From Candidatus Cryptobacteroides sp. (GTDB taxonomy: Bacteria > Bacteroidota > Bacteroidia > Bacteroidales > UBA932): DNA of 64,000 nucleotides. Of this stretch, positions 57,782-64,000 are shown piece by piece (within the stretch, counting starts at the first letter, position 1; each line of letters opens with the position of its first letter). The notes beneath the pieces were generated by a model, which saw nothing but the letters and a program-made list of their open reading frames with translations, made no database searches and had not been told where the DNA came from. The DNA is taken from the NCBI GenBank assembly GCA_045643085.1, contig JAZUKB010000008.1:13137-77136 (forward strand). The letters run 5' to 3'. The position numbers were made by a program, and so were the translations under genes.

Positions 57782-59086
57782 TCAATGTATCAGTTTTCCT
57801 ATGTCATTGCCGAATGCCAGAAGCATCAGCATCAACAGCAGTAAAAAGCCTATGGACTGGGCTATAACGAGGAATTTTTCGCTTGGCTTCCTGCCGGTGA
57901 CCATCTCGTAGAGTACAAACAGGATATGTCCTCCGTCAAGCCCGGGAATGGGCAGCAGATTCATTATGCCGAGCATAATTGAAAGCAATGCCAGGATATT
58001 CAGGAACCTGTACCAGTCCCAGACGCTTGGAAATACCTGCCCTATGGCAATGAAACTGCCCACGGACTTGTACGCCCCGGTGGAAGGCCTGGCCAGCAAC
58101 CGGAGATCTCCAAGATAGCCCCTGATTGTCTCCATCGCAAGATTCCATCCGGCCGGAATGGCAGAGATGAAATCGTATTTTTCAACTCGGATGCCGGGAT
58201 TGCTTATGGCGACGCCAATCATAGCGGCCGTATCGACGGGAACGACTATGTCGACGGCTTCCTCCTCGCCAACCCTGCATACAGATACGATAGCCGTGTC
58301 ACCTGCAGCTTCTTTGAACAAAGGCCTGGCCTGGTGGACGAACTCCACTTCGGTGCCGTTCACGGCACATATCCTGTCTCCCTTCTTCAGCCCGGCCCCG
58401 GATGCTGTCGGGGAAGTGACGGAATCGATAATGAAAGGGAGCGCCAGATCAAACATCAACGGAGAGTTCAGGACCTCACCGATTCTGGCGTGGTCGATGT
58501 AAAGGACGACCGTATCCCTTCCTCTGAGGACCGTGGCCGTGCTTGAATTGCGTCTTGCCAGGTCTGCCTGCAGCATACCGAAATCCTCCGGCCTGTAGTC
58601 GTCGAAGCTTATGATGTGGTCACCGTCCCTGAAGCCCATATCATAGGCCAGAGAGTTGACCACGATACGGGAATCCTCATTGCTGATGTATGCTTTCCCC
58701 CAGATTCCCATTATCGCGCAGTAGGTGATGATCGCGAAAATGAAGTTGTACAGCACTCCGCCTGCCATCACCAGCAGACGCTGCCAGGCAGGATGTGTCC
58801 GGAACTCCCATCTTTGCGGCTCCTTCTTGAGGGCTTCCAGGTCCATCGACTCGTCAACCATCCCCGCTATCTTGCAGTAACCTCCCAGCGGCAGCCATCC
58901 GATGCCGTATTCTGTCTCGCCTATCCTGAATTTCAGTAGGCTGTGTCCGCCTATGTCGAAGAACAGGTAGAATTTCTCCACCCGTATGTGGAAGATCTTG
59001 GCGAATGTGAAGTGCCCGAATTCGTGAAGTATTATCAGAATCGACAGAGCAAGTATCACTTGCAGTGCTTTAATCAACGCAACCAT
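57782..59086 (-). CDS. rseP: RIP metalloprotease RseP
   Basis: HEFGH, LPLGGY, PDZ-like region, NLLPIPGLDGG. Confidence 0.95.
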   Translation of the reverse strand: MVALIKALQVILALSILIILHEFGHFTFAKIFHIRVEKFYLFFDIGGHSLLKFRIGETEYGIGWLPLGGYCKIAGMVDESMDLEALKKEPQRWEFRTHPAWQRLLVMAGGVLYNFIFAIITYCAIMGIWGKAYISNEDSRIVVNSLAYDMGFRDGDHIISFDDYRPEDFGMLQADLARRNSSTATVLRGRDTVVLYIDHARIGEVLNSPLMFDLALPFIIDSVTSPTASGAGLKKGDRICAVNGTEVEFVHQARPLFKEAAGDTAIVSVCRVGEEEAVDIVVPVDTAAMIGVAISNPGIRVEKYDFISAIPAGWNLAMETIRGYLGDLRLLARPSTGAYKSVGSFIAIGQVFPSVWDWYRFLNILALLSIMLGIMNLLPIPGLDGGHILFVLYEMVTGRKPSEKFLVIAQSIGFLLLLMLMLLAFGNDIGKLIH

Positions 59087-60224
59087 CGGCGATAACGGCT
59101 ATTTCCTTGTTTGTCTCAAAAATGTCCTCAAGACTCGGGTTTGCTACAAAATTCAGGCCCTTGAGACATTTTTCGTTGATTGCGGCGATATCAAAGTATG
59201 AAATCTCGTTTCTGAGGTATTTGGCGACGGCCACCTCATTCGCAGCGTTGAGTGCGCAGGGCGCATTCCCTCCGCGCTCAATGGCTTCGTATGCCAACCG
59301 GAGGCAGGGAAATCTGTTCAGGTCGGGTTCGCTGAAATTGATTGATCCCAATTCGGCGAAATTTATCCTTTTGTTGCCTATGGACAACCTTGCCGGGAAC
59401 CCCAGGGCGAAACCGATAGGCTCCCTCATATCCGGACAGCCCATCTGCGCCATGATGGCTCCGTCCACAAACTCGACCATCGAGTGGATGATGGATTCAG
59501 GCTGTATGACGACGTTTATGCGGTCAGGCTCCACGTCAAACAACCATTTCGCCTCGATCACTTCAAACCCCTTGTTCATCATCGTGGCCGAATCTATTGT
59601 TACCTTGGCCCCCATGTTCCAATTGGGGTGCTTCAATGCTTGAGCGGCGGTCGCCGAGGCCATCTGCTCCCGGCTCCAGGTCCTGAACGGGCCGCCTGAC
59701 GCTGTGAGATGAATCTTCTCGATTTCGTTGCCCTGAGCTGCCAGAAGGCACTGGAAGATAGCCGAATGCTCGGAATCGACAGGAAGAATCAGGGCTTTGT
59801 GCCGCCTCATCGTTTCTGTGACGATACTGCCTGCAGCCACCAGGGTTTCCTTGTTTGCCAGAGCTACGATTTTACCGGCTTCCAGCGCGGCAATAGTCGG
59901 TCTCAGACCACTGAATCCCACCATTGCCCCAACCACGATATCGACATCATCGGATTTCACGAGGCTGCAGAGACTGTCCACTCCTTCCCAGACTTTAGAG
60001 CCGCTGTCCTTCAGGGCTTCACACAGCGGGGCGTATTTCTCTTCGTTGCAGATTACGACATTGTTGACGTCGAATTCCAAAGCCTGCTTCACCAGCAGCT
60101 CGACACTGCTCCTGGCGCTTATCATAACGACCTCGAAAAGGTCCCTGTGCTGCCTGATTACATCCAGCGTCTGGGTGCCGATGGATCCTGTAGAGCCAAG
60201 AATAGCTATTCTTCTCTTCTGCAT
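59070..60224 (-). CDS. dxr: 1-deoxy-D-xylulose-5-phosphate reductoisomerase
   Basis: GSTGSIG, LANKE, PVDSEHSAI, TASGGPF, HPNW.MG; start MQKRRIAIL at 60224. Confidence 0.97.
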   Translation of the reverse strand: MQKRRIAILGSTGSIGTQTLDVIRQHRDLFEVVMISARSSVELLVKQALEFDVNNVVICNEEKYAPLCEALKDSGSKVWEGVDSLCSLVKSDDVDIVVGAMVGFSGLRPTIAALEAGKIVALANKETLVAAGSIVTETMRRHKALILPVDSEHSAIFQCLLAAQGNEIEKIHLTASGGPFRTWSREQMASATAAQALKHPNWNMGAKVTIDSATMMNKGFEVIEAKWLFDVEPDRINVVIQPESIIHSMVEFVDGAIMAQMGCPDMREPIGFALGFPARLSIGNKRINFAELGSINFSEPDLNRFPCLRLAYEAIERGGNAPCALNAANEVAVAKYLRNEISYFDIAAINEKCLKGLNFVANPSLEDIFETNKEIAVIADGCVD

Positions 60225-60229
60225 TTCAA

Positions 60230-61078
60230 TTAAAAACTGATGTAAAGTGTCGGATCGACCGCCTGCCCGTCGTGCCATAGCTCGAAGTGGAGATGCTCTC
60301 CAGTGGTCAGTGCACCGGTGTTCCCGACGAGAGCAATGGGCGTTCCTGCAGTGACCTTCTCTCCGACATTCTTGAGTAGTTTCATATTGTGCCTGTATGA
60401 AGATACGAGGTCTCCCGGATGCTGTATCTGTATTGTGTACCCGGACTCTTCGCTCCATCCGGAGAATATGACTGTTCCGTCAAGGACGGATTTCACTACC
60501 GAGCTTGCGGGGGCGGATATATCGACTGCGGGGTGGTTCACTCTGTCGAAACCCTTGGAGAGGACGCCCACAAGAGGCGTGAAGAAATGTCTTCCTTCGA
60601 TAGGGAGATTCCTCGTCTGTCCGACCAGTGTGAACTGCTCTTCATCCAAAACCATCTCACGGAGAATTGAATCCTGACGGTTCAACTCTTCCAGAGGTTT
60701 GTTGCTGATGAAGTTGATTCTGCCCTCGGAAACAAGGCTGTCCAGGCTGATTATCTCATCTCCGGCAATCACTCTGGCGAGATTCTCGGAATAAAGTTCC
60801 CATCTGGTTATCTGGTTCTCGAGCGAGTCTATCTTGATGGCGTTGCTGATAGCCTCCCTCTTCGTATGGGAATTGGGATACCCCGGAATCGCGGCCCTTA
60901 TGGGCGTGAACGCGATAAGGCAGTAAATGGTGCCGATGATCACCACACCGGCCGTAATGGCGGCCACGATGAATGCAATCCTTGAAAACCTGTAGGAGCG
61001 TATCTGCTTGTGCGACTCGTCATCAGTGAGGGTGAGCCTGAATATTTTGTTCCAGTCGGTGGAATTTTGTCTTCCCAT
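60230..61078 (-). CDS. M23 family metallopeptidase
   Basis: H.AVD (HxxxD), Y.H, HLHFE; N-terminal TM. Confidence 0.9.
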   Translation of the reverse strand: MGRQNSTDWNKIFRLTLTDDESHKQIRSYRFSRIAFIVAAITAGVVIIGTIYCLIAFTPIRAAIPGYPNSHTKREAISNAIKIDSLENQITRWELYSENLARVIAGDEIISLDSLVSEGRINFISNKPLEELNRQDSILREMVLDEEQFTLVGQTRNLPIEGRHFFTPLVGVLSKGFDRVNHPAVDISAPASSVVKSVLDGTVIFSGWSEESGYTIQIQHPGDLVSSYRHNMKLLKNVGEKVTAGTPIALVGNTGALTTGEHLHFELWHDGQAVDPTLYISF

Positions 61079-61103
61079 ACTTTTGAATTAAATTTGCAGG
61101 AAT

Positions 61104-61514
61104 ATGGACAGGACCATCGGAATAGATTACGGAAGAGCCAGAGTCGGTGTCGCGGTAAGTGATCCGCTTGGCATTTTCGCATCCCCTCTGGAGACGGTAC
61201 CTGCTGCAAATATAATAGAATATCTCCAAAATTATGCCCGCACGGAGACTATTGTCCGCTTTGTGGTGGGTTATCCGATGAATCTCAACGGGGCTCCTTC
61301 GGAGGCTGCGGCTGACGTCGATGTCTTCCTCAAGCAGCTCGGGGCGAAGTTTCCGCAGATTCCGGTCACACTTGAAGATGAACGTTTCACTTCCGTGCTT
61401 GCCCACAGGGCAATGATAGACGGCGGGATGAAGAAGAGCGACCGCAGGGACAAGAATTCAGTGGACAGGATAAGCGCGGCAATAATTTTGCAAAGTTTTT
61501 TGGATAGAAAATGA
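61104..61514 (+). CDS. ruvX: YqgF/RuvX pre-16S rRNA nuclease
   Basis: GIDYG..RVGVAVSD, VVG.P, DERFTS, D.ISA.IILQ. Confidence 0.95.
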   Translation: MDRTIGIDYGRARVGVAVSDPLGIFASPLETVPAANIIEYLQNYARTETIVRFVVGYPMNLNGAPSEAAADVDVFLKQLGAKFPQIPVTLEDERFTSVLAHRAMIDGGMKKSDRRDKNSVDRISAAIILQSFLDRK

Positions 61515-62065
61515 TCAGACCGATTTATCTGTACGGGTCCGATGTGCTTCGAAGGAAAGCGGATCCCGTTGACTTGTCAAGAAAAGATGACATCAAGGAC
61601 TTGATAGCTGACCTCAAGGAGACGCTTGTCAAGTCGGAGGGTTGTGGCCTCGCCGCTCCCCAGATCGGAGTGAGCTTGAGGGTGCTTGTTGTGGATGGAA
61701 ATGATATGACGGATGTCTATCCGTATCTGGAAGGCTTCAGCAGGGTGATGATAAATCCTGTGGTACTTGAGGAGGATGACAAAAAATGCGAATTTTCGGA
61801 GGGATGTCTCAGTATCCCCGGAGTGTATGCTGACATCGTGAGGCCGTCATCCATCAAGGTCGAGTATTACGATGAGAATTTTGAGAGGAAAGTCGAGGAC
61901 TTCGACAAGTTCGCCTGCCGTATGATCCAGCACGAGATGAGCCATCTCGACGGGGAACTGTTCACGGATCTCGCCGCCCCCATACGCAGGAAAATGATTG
62001 CCAAGAAGCTGCAGAACATTGCGAAAGGGAAAGTCTCAACTCACTATAACTCAAAGATAAAATAG
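61511..62065 (+). CDS. def: Peptide deformylase
   Basis: GCGLAAPQIG, EGCLS, QHE.SH motifs. Confidence 0.96.
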   Translation: MIRPIYLYGSDVLRRKADPVDLSRKDDIKDLIADLKETLVKSEGCGLAAPQIGVSLRVLVVDGNDMTDVYPYLEGFSRVMINPVVLEEDDKKCEFSEGCLSIPGVYADIVRPSSIKVEYYDENFERKVEDFDKFACRMIQHEMSHLDGELFTDLAAPIRRKMIAKKLQNIAKGKVSTHYNSKIK

Positions 62066-62066
62066 A

Positions 62067-63431
62067 ATGGGTGCATTTCATGCATACGATATAAGGGGCG
62101 TTTACAATGTCGATTTCGACAGCGATTTCGCTTATAAGGTCGGGTATTTCGTTCCATTGCTACTGAATACGGACAAGGTCCTTGTCGGGAGGGATTGCCG
62201 GACGTCGTCGGAAGAAATACACGACAGCCTGGTAAAGGGGATATGTGACGCCGGGGCCGACGTCTATGACCTTGGTCTGAGCTCCACTCCGCTGGTGTAT
62301 TTCGGGACAGCCAATTACGGATTCAAGGCATCGGTCCAGATTACGGCATCCCACAATCCTGCCGAATACAACGGAATGAAAGTCTCCCGGGAGAATGCCC
62401 TTCCGGTAGGTCTCGACAACGGACTCGGGCAGATAAAAGAGTGGATTGAATCCTCAAGGCCGACACCCGTGGCGGAAAAACGGGGCTCTGTCAGGGATTT
62501 CGACATACGCAAGGACTATCTGGACTTCCAGCGCCGTTTCCTGTGCGACCTGTCTTCCATCAAGGTTGCATTCGATCTGTCAAACGGGATGTCCTGCCTC
62601 TTTGCCAAGGAGATTTTCGGCGAGGAGCCTTCATACATCTTCGATGAAATTGACGGACGTTTCCCGAATCACGATCCGAATCCGTTGATACAAAAGAATG
62701 TTCAACCCCTCAAAGATCTCGTCCGCAGGACGGGAGCGGATGTCGGGGTGATATATGACGGTGATGCCGACAGAGTGATGTTCGTGGACGAGCAGTCACG
62801 ATTCGTCTCGCCTGATCTGGTCATAGCATTGATGAGCAGGTATTTCTGTGGGGAAAGAGGGGAGAAGAACCCGCGTGCCCTTCAGGAAATACGCAGCTCA
62901 AAGGCTGTAGGGGAGTATCTCTCCAGGTTTGGCGTCGATCTTCACACCTGGAAAGTGGGACGGGCGTATGCCGCCCCGAAACTGCGTGAGATAGACGGCC
63001 TGTGGGGAGGAGAGCTCGCCGGCCATTATTATTTCAAGGATTTCTTCTACTCCGACAGCGGAATACTTGCTTCCATAATAGTGCTCCGCATCGTGGTCGG
63101 ATTGAAAAAGGAAGGGAAGACCCTGGGAATGGCAATGGATGAGATTGCCGCGTACAGGAATTCCGGAGAGATAAATTTCAAAGTTGAGGACAAGAGCGGC
63201 GCAATGGATGCCCTCAAAGAGCATTTCACCGCATCGGAGCAGCCGGAGAAGGTGATGGATTTCGACGGGTACAGAGTCGAATTCCCTCTGTGGTGGTTCA
63301 ATATCCGTCCTTCCAATACGGAACCGTATCTTCGCTTCATCTGCGAAGCTACGACCGAAGATTTGTTGCAAAAGAAAGTAAAAGAGGCGCAGGATCTTCT
63401 TGAAAGCAGGTTCGGCGCAGTGCGAGCATAA
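62067..63431 (+). CDS. Phosphomannomutase/phosphoglucomutase
   Basis: AYDIRG, TASHNP, DGDADR, GE..GH, RPSNTEP. Confidence 0.94.
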   Translation: MGAFHAYDIRGVYNVDFDSDFAYKVGYFVPLLLNTDKVLVGRDCRTSSEEIHDSLVKGICDAGADVYDLGLSSTPLVYFGTANYGFKASVQITASHNPAEYNGMKVSRENALPVGLDNGLGQIKEWIESSRPTPVAEKRGSVRDFDIRKDYLDFQRRFLCDLSSIKVAFDLSNGMSCLFAKEIFGEEPSYIFDEIDGRFPNHDPNPLIQKNVQPLKDLVRRTGADVGVIYDGDADRVMFVDEQSRFVSPDLVIALMSRYFCGERGEKNPRALQEIRSSKAVGEYLSRFGVDLHTWKVGRAYAAPKLREIDGLWGGELAGHYYFKDFFYSDSGILASIIVLRIVVGLKKEGKTLGMAMDEIAAYRNSGEINFKVEDKSGAMDALKEHFTASEQPEKVMDFDGYRVEFPLWWFNIRPSNTEPYLRFICEATTEDLLQKKVKEAQDLLESRFGAVRA

Positions 63432-64000
63432 ATGAAAAGACTTATTTCCATAATTTGTATTGTGGCTGCCGTGGCTTTCCACGCGTCGGCCCAGCAGGCA
63501 GGACAGATGTCGATGAAGCGGGCTATGAGCCTTGTGCCGAGACCCAACATAGCACCGGTCAAATCAATGATCCCGACGCAGGAGCCGTTGAGCGTTGATA
63601 CGCTTGAAACTTCGGATCCCGGCATCAGGATGGTGCTCCGTTCGGACAATACCTGGGATTACATAAAGAACAGGGAGTGGATTGACAATGACGAGGTTTA
63701 CCGTCAGGTATGGGACCACAATGCGGCAAAGTGTTACGATGTCAAATATGAAGACCTCCCGTTCAGAGCAACCATCTGGCTTGCCGATTCTACTACCCGG
63801 TTTTATTGCCCGTACCAGACCAAGGTCTTTTCCAAATTCGGATGGAGACGCGGTCGGCAGCACACCGGAGTGGATCTTCCTTATCCGATGGGAACTCCTG
63901 TCGGGGCCGCATTCGAGGGTAAAGTCCGTTTCGCAAAGCGTTGTGGAGGTTATGGCAATCTTGTCATTATCAGACATCCTAACGGTCTTGAGACATTCTA
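63432..64000 (+). CDS. M23 family metallopeptidase (partial, runs off window end)
   Basis: Not in ORF track. MKRLISIICIVAAVAFHASAQ... continuing to FGWRRGRQHTGVDL...GYGNLVIIRH.NGLET. Confidence 0.88.
   Translation, partial: MKRLISIICIVAAVAFHASAQQAGQMSMKRAMSLVPRPNIAPVKSMIPTQEPLSVDTLETSDPGIRMVLRSDNTWDYIKNREWIDNDEVYRQVWDHNAAKCYDVKYEDLPFRATIWLADSTTRFYCPYQTKVFSKFGWRRGRQHTGVDLPYPMGTPVGAAFEGKVRFAKRCGGYGNLVIIRHPNGLETF

Overview
Gene-dense chromosomal segment of a Bacteroidota (Bacteroidales-type) bacterium, judged from TAnnTTTG promoter elements, gene order and protein families. No integrase, transposase, prophage or CRISPR array was seen. In order: (1) dcw cluster on the minus strand (mraZ, rsmH, ftsL, ftsI, murE, mraY, murD, ftsW, murG, partial murC); (2) divergent TetR-TolC-HlyD-ABC efflux operon and tRNA-His; (3) orphan carboxyltransferase, radC, miaB, LEA_2/SPOR/rpoN; (4) ompH-trxB-bamD-rpoZ-recN-fur run and pdxJ; (5) nadK-uppS-bamA-skp, korAB, gdhA; (6) a ~16 kb accessory-looking block (40.1-56.2 kb); (7) tRNA-Pro, rpsT, tRNA-Glu, rseP, dxr, M23, ruvX, def, phosphomannomutase and a partial M23 gene. 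The accessory block holds a membrane polyferredoxin with HMA-like repeats and a variant S46 peptidase, divergent from a BACON/FISUMP lipoprotein, TonB receptor, DUF4876 lipoprotein and second beta-barrel. These are followed by an N-truncated DASS transporter, a diverged polyferredoxin paralog, a FeoA-FeoB fusion and a 44-aa Cys-rich ORF. This non-SusC/SusD TonB module with its peptidase and Fe-S neighbours is the best candidate for an uncharacterised system. Non-coding signals include 10-bp-periodic boxes upstream of mraZ, a TetR operator, a terminator-like hairpin abutting the feoAB start, and many promoters only 4-9 nt from start codons. Family names are from motif recognition by eye, not database searches.
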